Shown here piece by piece: positions 7,747 to 18,705 of a stretch of DNA of 64,000 nt. The notes below the pieces were generated by a model, which worked only from the letters and a program-made list of their open reading frames with translations, was not told the DNA's origin and did not search any database. Made by a program: the position numbers and the translations under genes. The stretch comes from an uncultured Nitrospirota bacterium (GTDB lineage: Bacteria > Nitrospirota > Thermodesulfovibrionia > Thermodesulfovibrionales > Dissulfurispiraceae): assembly GCA_964540275.1 (NCBI GenBank), contig CAZIMB010000001.1, positions 27,210-91,209 on the forward strand, written 5' to 3'. Numbering within the stretch: position 1 is the first letter of the stretch; each line of letters begins with the position of its first letter.

Positions 7747-8961
7747 ATGAAAAAAGCTATATATATCCTCCTATTCACACTCATTATAAGCCTGTTTGCT
7801 GTTTCTTTGAGAAATAAGGGAGTTTCTGTAAAGACAATCAAGGTGACAAGAAACCCACTGCTTATAACTGTTACAGCTATATCTACAGGAACAGTAAAGG
7901 CAGAAACGGAGGCTAGGATAAGCGCTCAAAGGACTGGAAGGATAGAGCGACTACTTTTTGATGAAGGATCTTTGGTTGAGAAAGGTAGAGTAATAGCCGA
8001 ATTAGACAAAGAAGAGGCATTTTTAAATCTTAAACTTGCTGAGACTGCACTACAGAAGGCTCAATTAAGGCTTGATGAGATGAGGGTATCTCTAAATGTA
8101 TTAAAGACAGATGTGGAGACAAATCTATCTAAAGCAGAGGCAATTCTAATAGAAGCAGATAAAAAGCTAAAACGTTCAAAGGATTTATTCAAACATGGGT
8201 ATATAACTGAGGTTGAATTGGATGCCACAGAGAAGGAATATTCTATTGCAAAAGCATCATATGAATCAGCCTTGGCTGCAAAGAAAAAAATAGATGCACA
8301 GATCTACGATATAAAGTTGCAGGAGGCTGCTGTGAAAGAGGCAGAACATACCCTTTCTATAGCAAAATTAAACTATGATTATTCATTTATAAGATCACCA
8401 ATAACTGGTGTTATTACCTCAAGAAATGTAAAACTTGGAGAAACTATCATGAAAGGCTCATTAATTGGGTCCGTTGTATCAGTTGATTCATTATATATAG
8501 AGGCTTTTATTGATGAGGCTGATATAGCTGCTGTATCTGTAGGACAGGCTGTAAATATTACTATGGATGCCTATCAGGGCAAAACATTTAAAGGAGAGGT
8601 CTATAAAATTTCACCTGTGGTTACCGGTGGAAAACAGGAGACCAGGACATTTGAGGTAAGGACAAGGATGAAGGAACTACCTTCAACCATAAAGCCTGGT
8701 ATGTCTGCTGAAATCGAGATAATTGTAAATAAGTTAGATAATGTAATATCTGTTCCAACACAGGCCATTGTAAAAAAAGAGGGCAAATCATTTTTATATA
8801 TTGTGAATGGTTCAAGGGCTAAAATTATACCTGTTACTACTGGTATTTTTAACTGGACATACACAGAGATTGTTTCTGGTTTAAATGAAGGGGATGAGGT
8901 GATAATAAATCCAGATGTACCCGGACTTCATGATAATGTAAAAATAACCAAAAACTTATAA
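7747..8961 (+). CDS. Efflux transporter periplasmic adaptor subunit (HlyD/MacA-like)
   Basis: Signal/anchor segment, long coiled-coil hairpin region (LKLAETALQKAQLRLDE...), beta-barrel C-terminal part. Immediately followed by an ABC ATPase and an FtsX-type permease. Confidence 0.8.
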   Translation: MKKAIYILLFTLIISLFAVSLRNKGVSVKTIKVTRNPLLITVTAISTGTVKAETEARISAQRTGRIERLLFDEGSLVEKGRVIAELDKEEAFLNLKLAETALQKAQLRLDEMRVSLNVLKTDVETNLSKAEAILIEADKKLKRSKDLFKHGYITEVELDATEKEYSIAKASYESALAAKKKIDAQIYDIKLQEAAVKEAEHTLSIAKLNYDYSFIRSPITGVITSRNVKLGETIMKGSLIGSVVSVDSLYIEAFIDEADIAAVSVGQAVNITMDAYQGKTFKGEVYKISPVVTGGKQETRTFEVRTRMKELPSTIKPGMSAEIEIIVNKLDNVISVPTQAIVKKEGKSFLYIVNGSRAKIIPVTTGIFNWTYTEIVSGLNEGDEVIINPDVPGLHDNVKITKNL

Positions 8962-9632
8962 TGGTCATCCTTGAAAATATCAAAAAGAGTTATACCCTTC
9001 CAAATCGGAGTATTGAAGTTTTAAAAGGCATATCAATTGAGATAAAAAAAGGTGAATTTTTATCAATTATGGGACCTTCTGGCTCGGGTAAGTCAACCCT
9101 TTTAAATATTATAGGATGTCTTGATAGGCCAACTTCAGGAAGGTATTTACTAGATGGTATTGATATTAGTGCATTATCAGATAATCAGCTTGCAGAAATA
9201 AGAAATAAAAAGATAGGATTTGTATTTCAAAGCTTCAATCTTATACCACGGCTCTCTGCCCTGAAAAATGTTGAATTACCTCTCATTTATGCTGGTATTT
9301 CTTCAAAGGAAAGGACAGAGAGGGCATACGAGGCCTTAAAAAAACTAGGATTATCTGATCGTACAAATCATATGCCTAATGAACTTTCAGGGGGTGAACA
9401 ACAAAGAATTGCAATAGCAAGGGCAATCATAAATAATCCAAATATACTATTAGCTGATGAGCCAACAGGCAATCTTGATTCAAAAACAGGACAGGAGATT
9501 ATAGAACTCTTTAAAGTAATACACAATGCAGGTACAACAATTATAATGGTAACCCATGAGATGTTCATTGCAGAACAGGCTGAGAGAATAATAACTATAA
9601 AAGATGGGGTTTGTTACAGTGGATGTTATTAG
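8961..9632 (+). CDS. ABC transporter ATP-binding protein (MacB/LolD-like)
   Basis: Walker A GPSGSGKST, signature LSGGEQQRIAIARA, Walker B ILLADEPTGNLD. Confidence 0.9.
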   Translation: MVILENIKKSYTLPNRSIEVLKGISIEIKKGEFLSIMGPSGSGKSTLLNIIGCLDRPTSGRYLLDGIDISALSDNQLAEIRNKKIGFVFQSFNLIPRLSALKNVELPLIYAGISSKERTERAYEALKKLGLSDRTNHMPNELSGGEQQRIAIARAIINNPNILLADEPTGNLDSKTGQEIIELFKVIHNAGTTIIMVTHEMFIAEQAERIITIKDGVCYSGCY

Positions 9633-9656
9633 AAATTAAAATTATTTTTTAATTCA

Positions 9657-10862
9657 ATGGAAATATTAGAAACTATTAATATAGCAAGGCTCTCATTATT
9701 TGCAAATAAGATTCGCTCTATCCTTACCATGATAGGGATAATATTCGGGGTAGGTGCAGTAATCCTGCTTGTATCAATTGGTGAGGGAGCAAGAAGGGAA
9801 ATATACAGGGAATTAGGGGAACTTGGCACTAATATATTGGTTGTTGTCCCTGGAAAGACCTCACGAGAAGGTGGAATGCATATGGGGACATCAGCTGTTA
9901 GAAAGATTACCTACGAAGAGGCCAAATTTATAGAAAAAAGGGTAAGAGACATTGTCAATGCTGTCCCTGTTATTGTAGGTACTTCATGGATAAAGTTTAA
10001 AGGGAAAAGCAGAGATACCTATGTTGTTGGGGTAACCGAACCGTATTTTGAAATTAGAAATTTAAAGATAGGATTAGGAAGAGGTATTACCCAATCAGAT
10101 GTAGAAGCGGGGTTAAAGGTATGTGTTCTCGGAAAAACTGTTGCTCAGGAGATTATCGGTAGCGAAAATCCACTCGGAGCAGTTATAACTATTGGAGATA
10201 CTAAATACAGGGTTATAGGCATTATGGCGCCTAAGGGCATGGCACTTGGATTTGATATAGATGATGTGGTATTTATTCCTACTACCTCTGCAATGGAACT
10301 TTTTGATACAGATAGGCTTTTTAATATAACAATAAAGGTTAAAAGTTCTGAGCTTATTGATAAGGCAAAGGCTGAAATTAAGGAGGTACTAAAAAAAAGG
10401 CACGCAAATAAAGAGGATTTTACAATCCTCAGTCAAGACGAGATGATAGCAGTTATGGGAAAGATTTTAAAAATAATGACTGGTGTGTTGGTTGGAATTG
10501 CCACTATTTCGCTAATCGTAGGTGGGATAGGAATAATGAATATAATGCTTGTAACGATTAAGGAAAGAACCAAGGAAATAGGCATCCGTAAGGCTGTAGG
10601 GGCTAAAAATAGAGATATACTTTTGCAATTTCTTATAGAATCTACGATTTTGAGTGTAACAGGTGGCATAGGTGGAATCCTATTAGGCATCCTTTTATCA
10701 AAGGGCATTAATTATTTCTTTCATTTTTTGCCAACATACATAACATGGTGGTCTGTCCTTGTGGCTTTTTTGTTTTCAGCTATGATTGGAATATTTTTTG
10801 GTGTTTATCCTGCAAGAAAGGCAGCGCATTATAACCCTATTATTGCTCTACGTTATGAATGA
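9657..10862 (+). CDS. ABC transporter permease, FtsX/MacB-type with periplasmic domain
   Basis: 401 aa. One N-terminal TM segment, a periplasmic domain of about 220 aa, and a C-terminal FtsX-like 3-TM bundle (ERTKEIGIRKAVGAKNRDIL). Confidence 0.85.
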   Translation: MEILETINIARLSLFANKIRSILTMIGIIFGVGAVILLVSIGEGARREIYRELGELGTNILVVVPGKTSREGGMHMGTSAVRKITYEEAKFIEKRVRDIVNAVPVIVGTSWIKFKGKSRDTYVVGVTEPYFEIRNLKIGLGRGITQSDVEAGLKVCVLGKTVAQEIIGSENPLGAVITIGDTKYRVIGIMAPKGMALGFDIDDVVFIPTTSAMELFDTDRLFNITIKVKSSELIDKAKAEIKEVLKKRHANKEDFTILSQDEMIAVMGKILKIMTGVLVGIATISLIVGGIGIMNIMLVTIKERTKEIGIRKAVGAKNRDILLQFLIESTILSVTGGIGGILLGILLSKGINYFFHFLPTYITWWSVLVAFLFSAMIGIFFGVYPARKAAHYNPIIALRYE

Positions 10863-10872
10863 GAAACTAAAT

Positions 10873-13800
10873 ATGAAGAGGAAATTAATTTATATAACAA
10901 TTTTAGGTATAATTTTAGGTTTTTCCTTATATGTGATGAGGGGTACAGACATCTCTAATAAATTGAAAAGGATTATCCTGCCTGAATTAGAAATGGCAAC
11001 AGGTCAAAAGGTAATCGCCCAAAAGATATATATAAACCTTTTTCCTCTTTATATAGGAATAAAGGATGTAAAGGCCTTTGATGATAAAGGAGTTAAATTT
11101 TTTGCTGCCAAAAATATAAAGGGCTATATCTCAATATCTGGTCTCCTCAAGAAAGAGATTGTGATTAGGAGAACTATTATAAAAGAACCTGAAATTGTCT
11201 CTGATAGGTCTCAGATTGAAGAGATGGTTTCAAATATAAAGAATTATCTAAATATGGAAACAAGGTTTCCCTATAAGGTTGTCTTTAAATCAATAGTAAT
11301 TAGCAATGCATTCATTGATTTTCAGGAAGGTGATAATAAATTAACAATTAAGGCCTTGAATGCTGATTTAGACTTATCAGAAAGATCAAGCTTTAGGATA
11401 TCATCCAAGGAGATAAATTTTAAAAAAGAAGGTTTTCCTAAAGTAAAAGGTATGATAGAAACCTTTTTCATTTTAAAGGATAAAGAGATTGAACTAAAAA
11501 AACTTGCAATAATTTCAGATGGCACTGAAGTAACTGCTGACGGTTCAATTTTATTGGAAAAACTTACAGCTGAACTTAGGACCGAAACAAATATATTGAT
11601 AAAAACTATAAAAAGTATATTTGCACTCAAAAAAGATGACAGAGGAAGTATATTTGCCAAAGGTATCATAAGATTTGAGGATTTGAAATCAGACATTAAC
11701 AATATCTTTTTAGAGTTAAAACTAAAAGGGGATATGCAGCTTGAGACATTAATGGAATTGCTTCATGTTCATGAAAGACTTAATGGTTATCTTGTATTTG
11801 ATGGTGAGATTAAGGGTTATATTAATGACCTGAAGGGCAATGCAAAGGCAAGGCTATCTGATGGCAATCTATTCGGCATTGATGTGAATAAATTAAGCTG
11901 TAATGTTTCATATAGCGATGGGATAATGAAATTCACAAATGGTAGTGCTAATTTGTACAAAGGAAAGGCATCAGTTGAGGCAATGATAGAAATCCCTGTC
12001 GTTAATTATTATAGTTTTAAGGTAATAGCAGAAAATGTTAACAGCAAGGATGTTTTTAAGTTAATTAATTGGGATCCGGGGATAGCAGAAGGCAAGGTAT
12101 CTGGTGAAATAGCCTCATCTGGAAGCACATTTAATCCCTATGGCAGATTTTTATATAGGAATACTTCCCTTAAAAATTTAGTAAACAATGGTGATTTGAA
12201 TATACTTGGTCGTATAAATGAGATAAAAGGTGAATTTGCAATGAAGGATAATATAATAAATTTTCCAAATCTTACAGTTACTACCGATAGATCAACAGCT
12301 ACAGCAAATGGAGATGTTGATATTCTAAACAACCTACTCAATTTTACAGGATCTGGAAAAACAGAAGATATAAAGGAGCTTTCATCTCCCTATTTTACAG
12401 CTATTAATGGTAGTGGAAACTTCCAATACATTTTAAAAGGAAAATTTGAAGATCCAACAATAGAAATGAAATTTATTTCTTATGATGCGATATTTTCAAC
12501 AAAAAGCCTAAATTTGGATATATTAAATGACAGAAAATTTAATTTTCAAAAAGTAAGCTGGGACTTAAGTTATAAAAAAAACCTTCTTAACACAAAAAAA
12601 TTCCAAGCCCTTTCTGATAAAGAGGAATTCAGGGCTAAGGGAAATATATTTTTTCCTAATGCCCAGGGATTATTTGACCTTAGGGAGCCTGATTATGACC
12701 TTAATATTTCAATAAAGAATAGTAATATTAAGAAAATATCTAATACATTTAAGGATAGCCCCTCTTTTGAGGGTTGCCTTGATACAGACTTCAGATTATT
12801 TGGAAAACCAGATGATATAAGGGCATCAGGTATATTTAGTGCAAAAGGATTTTCTTTAGAAAAATATGTCATAGATTTTGTCAGTGGAAAATCTTCTTAT
12901 GAAAAAGGAAAATTTTCCTTTAGTGATGTAAAGATAAGAAAGAGAGATGCCTTAGTAAATATGAACGGTATCATTTTTCTTGATAAAAAATTCCTTTTCT
13001 TTGCAGATAGTACAGAGATCAATATCTCAGATATTATTGATAATCTTAATATCATATCAACTGCTATCCAACATCCATCAGTTAAAAATAGCAAATTAAA
13101 AAACATAAAAATAAAAGGGGAGGGTACATTTGAAAATCCTTACATTGAGATAATCTCAGATATAATGGGCGGAGCTTTTAAGGGGCATTCCTTAGGCAAA
13201 GGGAGGCTATTTGCAAAGCTAAAGGATAATCGTCTTGAAGTAGATGCCTCTATCCTTGAAGGAAAATTAAGTATGAATGGTGTTGCTGAACTAACAGAAA
13301 AGATCCCATGGAATGCAAAAGTAAAGATTCTTCCAGCGAGATATGACTTTCTTATCGAAAGTCTTCTTAAAGATGTGCCTGAAGACCTTCTATTTAATTT
13401 TTCTGGAAATATAACAGCCACTGGTGATAAAGACCATATAAAGGCCACTGCAAATATAAATAGGGCACATATAAATTTATTCGGGATAGGTTTTACAAAC
13501 AGCTCTGATATTAGGTTAAATCTGCAAAATAGAAGGCTTTCTATAGATCCTTTTGGTATGAAAAATGATGCAGTTGAATTTAGAATTAGTGGAAACATGA
13601 CAATCGGCAAAAACTATGACTTGTTATTAGAAGGCACTTCCTCCCTTACACCGCTTAAGGCTCTCTCTAAAAATATTGATTTGATTAGGGGAGATACTGT
13701 CTTTGTATTTAATGTTAGTGGGGACTGGGATAGACCGAGGATATATGGGGGAATGGATGTTATAAATGCAAATATTGGATTTAAGGATATACCTTATAGA

Positions 13801-14892
13801 TTTGGTTCAGTAAATGCGTACTTATATGTTGATGAAGACAGAATAATAATTGAAAAGGCTTCTTGTAGATTTGCTGGTGGAGACATATCTTTATCTGGAA
13901 CAGCATATATTGAGAAATTTAAGTTAAAAAGATTTTTATTTGAATCACGTATAAACAATGTAACAACCTCCTTATCAAAGGATTTCTGGTTAAATTTTGA
14001 TGGCAATCTCTATTTCAAAGGAACAAGAGAGTCACATAATATATTTGGTGATATACATGTAAAAAAAGCTAAATATGGAGAAAACATAGATTTAGTCGCT
14101 TTAATAATGAAGGCAAGGCCAAATGAAAGAAAAACAATGGAAAGAGAGGTCTCTACAATTTTTAAAACAGGGCTAAATGTAAGGATTCATGGGGATAATC
14201 TCTTAATTGACAATAATATCGCAAGGTCATCTATGAAAATGGATGTTATATTAAGAGGAACAATTAATAATCCAACATTGTTAGGCAAATTAGAGACAAA
14301 TGAAGGTATGGTTTATTTTAGAAATAATGATTTTAGGATTATAAAGGCAAGTTTTAACTTTTTTGACCCAGCAACGATAAATCCATATTTTGATGTTCTT
14401 GCAGAGACAAGTATAAGAAATTATAATATAAGGCTAAATCTGACAGGTACTGCTGACCAATTTAATCTTGCTTTATCATCATCTCCTAACCTAAATGAAT
14501 CAGACATATTTGCCCTGCTTACTGTCGGTCAGTTGGGTAAAGATATCAGAGGAATAGAAGGAGGTATTGGAGCTACTGAGGCAGCATCATTCCTTGCTGG
14601 TCAATTTCAAAAGGTTGCAGAAGAGAGGATAAGAACAATTATTGGATTTGACAGGGTTAAAATAGAACCATACGTATTAAAAACTACTGGAGCAACTGCT
14701 CCAATGGTATCAGTTTCTAAAAGGTTATTAGGGGATAGATTATATGCTACCTATAGTGCATCCATAGGCACTGCAGAAGAGCATATATTGAAATTGGAGT
14801 ACAATTTAACCCCAAATGTCTCTATTGTGGGATTAAGAGATGAAAGAGGTAGCGTTGGTGGCGACATCAAATTTAGATTTGAATTTAAATAA
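10873..14892 (+). CDS. tamB: Translocation and assembly module protein TamB-like (DUF490 C-terminus)
   Basis: ORF 10786.. trimmed to MKRKLIYITILGIILGF (signal anchor; alternative ATG at 10855). About 1340 aa of repetitive beta-rich sequence. C-terminal pattern LGDRLYATYSASIG...LEYNLTPNVSIVGLRDERGSVGGDIKFRFEFK is typical of TamB. Confidence 0.75.
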   Translation: MKRKLIYITILGIILGFSLYVMRGTDISNKLKRIILPELEMATGQKVIAQKIYINLFPLYIGIKDVKAFDDKGVKFFAAKNIKGYISISGLLKKEIVIRRTIIKEPEIVSDRSQIEEMVSNIKNYLNMETRFPYKVVFKSIVISNAFIDFQEGDNKLTIKALNADLDLSERSSFRISSKEINFKKEGFPKVKGMIETFFILKDKEIELKKLAIISDGTEVTADGSILLEKLTAELRTETNILIKTIKSIFALKKDDRGSIFAKGIIRFEDLKSDINNIFLELKLKGDMQLETLMELLHVHERLNGYLVFDGEIKGYINDLKGNAKARLSDGNLFGIDVNKLSCNVSYSDGIMKFTNGSANLYKGKASVEAMIEIPVVNYYSFKVIAENVNSKDVFKLINWDPGIAEGKVSGEIASSGSTFNPYGRFLYRNTSLKNLVNNGDLNILGRINEIKGEFAMKDNIINFPNLTVTTDRSTATANGDVDILNNLLNFTGSGKTEDIKELSSPYFTAINGSGNFQYILKGKFEDPTIEMKFISYDAIFSTKSLNLDILNDRKFNFQKVSWDLSYKKNLLNTKKFQALSDKEEFRAKGNIFFPNAQGLFDLREPDYDLNISIKNSNIKKISNTFKDSPSFEGCLDTDFRLFGKPDDIRASGIFSAKGFSLEKYVIDFVSGKSSYEKGKFSFSDVKIRKRDALVNMNGIIFLDKKFLFFADSTEINISDIIDNLNIISTAIQHPSVKNSKLKNIKIKGEGTFENPYIEIISDIMGGAFKGHSLGKGRLFAKLKDNRLEVDASILEGKLSMNGVAELTEKIPWNAKVKILPARYDFLIESLLKDVPEDLLFNFSGNITATGDKDHIKATANINRAHINLFGIGFTNSSDIRLNLQNRRLSIDPFGMKNDAVEFRISGNMTIGKNYDLLLEGTSSLTPLKALSKNIDLIRGDTVFVFNVSGDWDRPRIYGGMDVINANIGFKDIPYRFGSVNAYLYVDEDRIIIEKASCRFAGGDISLSGTAYIEKFKLKRFLFESRINNVTTSLSKDFWLNFDGNLYFKGTRESHNIFGDIHVKKAKYGENIDLVALIMKARPNERKTMEREVSTIFKTGLNVRIHGDNLLIDNNIARSSMKMDVILRGTINNPTLLGKLETNEGMVYFRNNDFRIIKASFNFFDPATINPYFDVLAETSIRNYNIRLNLTGTADQFNLALSSSPNLNESDIFALLTVGQLGKDIRGIEGGIGATEAASFLAGQFQKVAEERIRTIIGFDRVKIEPYVLKTTGATAPMVSVSKRLLGDRLYATYSASIGTAEEHILKLEYNLTPNVSIVGLRDERGSVGGDIKFRFEFK

Positions 14893-14896
14893 CCCT

Positions 14897-17602
14897 ATGG
14901 GATATCAGATAGGAAATCCTCTTTTTAAAAAAATATTATCTTTTTTTTTCCTACTATTTTATCTAAAGGCTCCTGCCTTGGCTTTAACAAATGATTCCTT
15001 TTATATTTCTGATATTGAAATCTCAGGGCTTTATTCTATTTCTGAACAAGAATTATTGTATCTATTAGATATTAAAAAAGGTGAGATATTAGATAAAAAA
15101 AGCTTAAGATCTGGTATTAAAAGGGCATTTTTAAAAGGTATATTTGATGACATAATAATTATAGCCCCTGATGAGTGTAATATTAAGGAAAAAAAGTGTA
15201 GAGTAAGGATAGAGATTAAAGAAAAGCCAATAATAAATTCAATAATAATTTTAGGCGACAACCATTTTTCAAAAAAATTTATAAGGACACATCTTACAAT
15301 AAGCGAAAAAGAAAGATTAAATTATGTAAAAATAAAAAAAGGTATTGAATATCTAAATAGAGAAATTGGAAAAAGAGGATTTCCCAATGCTGATATTTCC
15401 TATGAGATAAGGCCAGCTAAGGCGAATAGGGTAGATATTATAATTAAAGTATCAGAAGGGGAACCAGAACTGATAAAAAAATTAGTAATAACTGAGCCAA
15501 ATGATATTGTCAAATCCTATTTAAGGCTATCAGAGGGAAGCATATTTGATCAAACAGAGATTGAAAGGGCTATAGATAACGTCAAGAAATATTATAAAAA
15601 GAGGGGAATTGTTGGCACATCTATATCCTATTTATTTCAAAAAGGGATTTTGAGTATCGATGTAAAATTAGGTAAAAAATTAAATATCCTATTCAATGGA
15701 AACAAGGCTATAAAGACTAAAGAACTCCTCAAGGAAGCCCCCTTTTTTGAGCAAGATGAATTGAGTGATGATCTTATTGAATTGTATGTATCTAGGATGT
15801 TATCACTTTATCATAATAAAGGCTATATATATGCACAGATAGCAACAACAATAAAAACTACTGATGAGGATATTACCCTTGAGTTTTATATATTTGAAGG
15901 AGAATCTTTTATAGTTAATTCTATTGAAATTGAGGGGGTAACTATAGATAGGGATAGATTTAAAGAGGTTATGTCACTAAAAGTTGGAGGATACTATAAC
16001 CCTAATGTAATTGAATCAGATATAAGAACAATAACTGCATTTTACAATGCCCTTGGCTATTTAAATGTTGAAGTTAAGGAGCCAGAAATTATTATAAATG
16101 ATAGATCGGTTAAAATAAAATTTTTCATTAATGAAGGTAATCAGACAATAATTTCAAATATCCTTTTTTATGGCAATCAAACTATTTCTGAGAATGATAT
16201 TTTAAGGGAGATACCAATAAGAATAACAGATCCCTACAATGAAGTTGATATAGCAGCATCTAGGAGAAAAATATTAGAAAAATATAACAAAAAGGGATTT
16301 TTAAATACCACTGTAACAGTAGATATAAAAAAAAATGATACCTTTGCTGACATAATCTTTTATATAGATGAAGGGGATATTACATATTTTGGAAAATCTG
16401 TAATTGTTGGCAATGAAAAAACAAAATATGAGGTAATAAAAAGAGGGCTTATAAAAAAAGAGAGCAGCCCTTTTGATTACTCAATTTTAATGAAAGAGAG
16501 ACAAAGACTCCATAGAGTGGGTCTGTTTTCAGATATAGATATAAAGGCACTGGATCAAGAGGATTCTAAAAGAGATGTTTTATATAAATTAAGCGAGGCA
16601 AAGGCAGGGGCTATTGAAATTGCAATAGGTTATGCTGAATATGAGAGATTCAGGGGGCTTTTTGATATAAGTTACAGGAACCTATGGGGATTAAACAAAT
16701 ATGGTTCATTCAGGACTGAATTAAGCACACTTGAACAGAGATTTATACTTACTTATTTGGATCAATATTTTATTGACGAAAGAACACATTTAAAGTCAGC
16801 CCTTCTTTATGAAAATAAAAAAGAGATTAATATAGATACTAAAGAAATGAGATATAGGGTTAAAAGAACATCTGCAAGCATCGGCATTGAAAGAGAGTTA
16901 AATGAATTATTAAAGGCAGATCTATCTTATAACTTTTTAGTAACACAAACATTTGATGTAAAACCAGATGTAATACTAAGTAGAGAAGACACTGGAACCC
17001 TTATTATTAGCGGAATAAGAACAGGTTTGATATATGATTCAAGAGACAATCCCTTTGATCCCAAGAGAGGCATTCTTACTGGAACATCTTTTACACTTGC
17101 ATCAAATATATTTTTTTCAGAGACAGACTTTGCAAAGTTAATATTTTATTTCAATAATTATCAAAGCCTAAGTAAAAGAATAGTATTAGCCTTTTCATTA
17201 AAAGGCGGGATTGCTCAAGGATTTAGAAAAACAAGGGAATTACCACTGACAGAGAGATTTTTTCTTGGTGGTAGGACAACTGTTAGGGGATTTCAACAAG
17301 ATACCCTCGGACCAAAAGGTGCTGATGGTACCCCTATAGGCGGTAATTCCTTTGGTATGGCAAGTCTTGAATTAAGAACTGAAGTTGGAAAGGGTCTTGG
17401 TATAGTGGGATTTTTAGATGCTGGCAATGTATGGTTAAAAACTAAAGATATAGATATTAATGATATCAGATATACTACTGGATTGGGCTTAAGATACACT
17501 ACTCCTGTTGGGCCAATTCGTATTGATTATGGTCATAAATTGGACAAAAAGAGAGGGGAAAGTAGAGGTGAAATACATTTTAGCATTGGTCATGCATTTT
17601 AG
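14897..17602 (+). CDS. bamA: Outer membrane protein assembly factor BamA (Omp85 family, multiple POTRA domains)
   Basis: Trimmed to MGYQIGNPLFKKILSFFFLLFYLKAPALA (signal peptide). Repeated POTRA-like units (I..I.I.G....). Omp85 barrel motifs RFFLGGRTTVRGF and GLGLRYTTPVGPIRIDYG. Ends in an aromatic residue (..IGHAF). Confidence 0.88.
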   Translation: MGYQIGNPLFKKILSFFFLLFYLKAPALALTNDSFYISDIEISGLYSISEQELLYLLDIKKGEILDKKSLRSGIKRAFLKGIFDDIIIIAPDECNIKEKKCRVRIEIKEKPIINSIIILGDNHFSKKFIRTHLTISEKERLNYVKIKKGIEYLNREIGKRGFPNADISYEIRPAKANRVDIIIKVSEGEPELIKKLVITEPNDIVKSYLRLSEGSIFDQTEIERAIDNVKKYYKKRGIVGTSISYLFQKGILSIDVKLGKKLNILFNGNKAIKTKELLKEAPFFEQDELSDDLIELYVSRMLSLYHNKGYIYAQIATTIKTTDEDITLEFYIFEGESFIVNSIEIEGVTIDRDRFKEVMSLKVGGYYNPNVIESDIRTITAFYNALGYLNVEVKEPEIIINDRSVKIKFFINEGNQTIISNILFYGNQTISENDILREIPIRITDPYNEVDIAASRRKILEKYNKKGFLNTTVTVDIKKNDTFADIIFYIDEGDITYFGKSVIVGNEKTKYEVIKRGLIKKESSPFDYSILMKERQRLHRVGLFSDIDIKALDQEDSKRDVLYKLSEAKAGAIEIAIGYAEYERFRGLFDISYRNLWGLNKYGSFRTELSTLEQRFILTYLDQYFIDERTHLKSALLYENKKEINIDTKEMRYRVKRTSASIGIERELNELLKADLSYNFLVTQTFDVKPDVILSREDTGTLIISGIRTGLIYDSRDNPFDPKRGILTGTSFTLASNIFFSETDFAKLIFYFNNYQSLSKRIVLAFSLKGGIAQGFRKTRELPLTERFFLGGRTTVRGFQQDTLGPKGADGTPIGGNSFGMASLELRTEVGKGLGIVGFLDAGNVWLKTKDIDINDIRYTTGLGLRYTTPVGPIRIDYGHKLDKKRGESRGEIHFSIGHAF

Positions 17603-18140
17603 GAAATTAAATATAAACGAAGGCAATAAAGAATTCATTGAAGGATTCATCCATTGCCTAATCTCTACCATTCTTTGTTTAAGCCTTTTATTATTCTATT
17701 CAGAGGTCTCTGCTAAAATAATTGATAAGGTGGTTGCATATGTAGATGATATGGCTATAACTTTATCTGAATTCAAGGAAAATTATGAAAAAATTAAGGA
17801 AACTGTCAATGATATTACAGAAGAAGAGGTCATTAATTCCATGATAAATCGGCTTTTGTTGATAAAAAAGGCAAAAGAGATGAGATTTGAAGCACAAAAT
17901 ATTGATGAATTAATAGCAGACTATATTGATATAAAGGTAAAATCCTCTATTTATATAAAAGAGGATGATGTTTTGAGATTTTATAATGAACATATCAAAG
18001 AGTTTGGGGATAAAGATTATGCATCAGTAAGGGATGAAATAGAGCAGTATCTCTTTGAATTAGAGGTAAACAAACAGCTAAAGAAACATCTTGAGGAATT
18101 AAGAAAAGAGTCAGAGATAAGGATACAGCTTACATATTGA
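17592..18140 (+). CDS. SurA N-terminal-domain-like periplasmic chaperone (no PPIase domain)
   Basis: Trimmed to MHFRKLN...; hydrophobic signal CLISTILCLSLLLFYSEVSA, then KIIDKVVAYVDDMAITLSEF, typical of SurA_N. Overlaps the bamA stop by 11 nt. Confidence 0.55.
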   Translation: MHFRKLNINEGNKEFIEGFIHCLISTILCLSLLLFYSEVSAKIIDKVVAYVDDMAITLSEFKENYEKIKETVNDITEEEVINSMINRLLLIKKAKEMRFEAQNIDELIADYIDIKVKSSIYIKEDDVLRFYNEHIKEFGDKDYASVRDEIEQYLFELEVNKQLKKHLEELRKESEIRIQLTY

Positions 18141-18249
18141 TACTTTTATCGAAAACGTAGTATTAATTTTGCTTTTATTAAATTATATTTAAAAACAAAG
18201 ACTGTTTCAGTATTATTTTTGTATTACAGGTAAAAAATAAAATAAGAAG

Positions 18250-18705
18250 CTATAAGTATATTATAGTAGCAATTTCATCACATTCAGGGAATTTTGTACA
18301 TTTAATACAGTCACCCCAAATTTTTTGGGGAAGTTTTGATTTATCGATATATTGGAAGCCTAATTTTTTAAAAAAATCAGGATTATATGTTAAAGCAAAA
18401 ACCCTTTTTATTCCTAATTGCTTTGCCTCTTTTAGACATCTTTTTACAAGTTTTGTTCCTATACCTTGTCTCTGAAGTCCTTCACTAACAGCTAATGACC
18501 TGATCTCCGCAAGATCTTCCCAGAGTATTTTAAGGGCACAGACCCCCTGTATTTTACCATCAATTTCATAAACTATAAAATCCCTTATCCCTTCATAAAG
18601 GTCATTTAATGACCTTGGGAGCATCTCTTCTTTTTTTGCAAACTCGTTTACAAGTCTGTGTATCTGTTTAACATCAACAATTTTGGCCTTTCTAATAATA
18701 TTCAT
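18250..18705 (-). CDS. GNAT-family N-acetyltransferase (short amino-acid N-acetyltransferase type)
   Basis: 151 aa, acetyl-CoA motif RQGIGTKLV, C-terminal KIWGDCIKCTKFPECDE. Confidence 0.75.
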   Translation of the reverse strand: MNIIRKAKIVDVKQIHRLVNEFAKKEEMLPRSLNDLYEGIRDFIVYEIDGKIQGVCALKILWEDLAEIRSLAVSEGLQRQGIGTKLVKRCLKEAKQLGIKRVFALTYNPDFFKKLGFQYIDKSKLPQKIWGDCIKCTKFPECDEIATIIYL

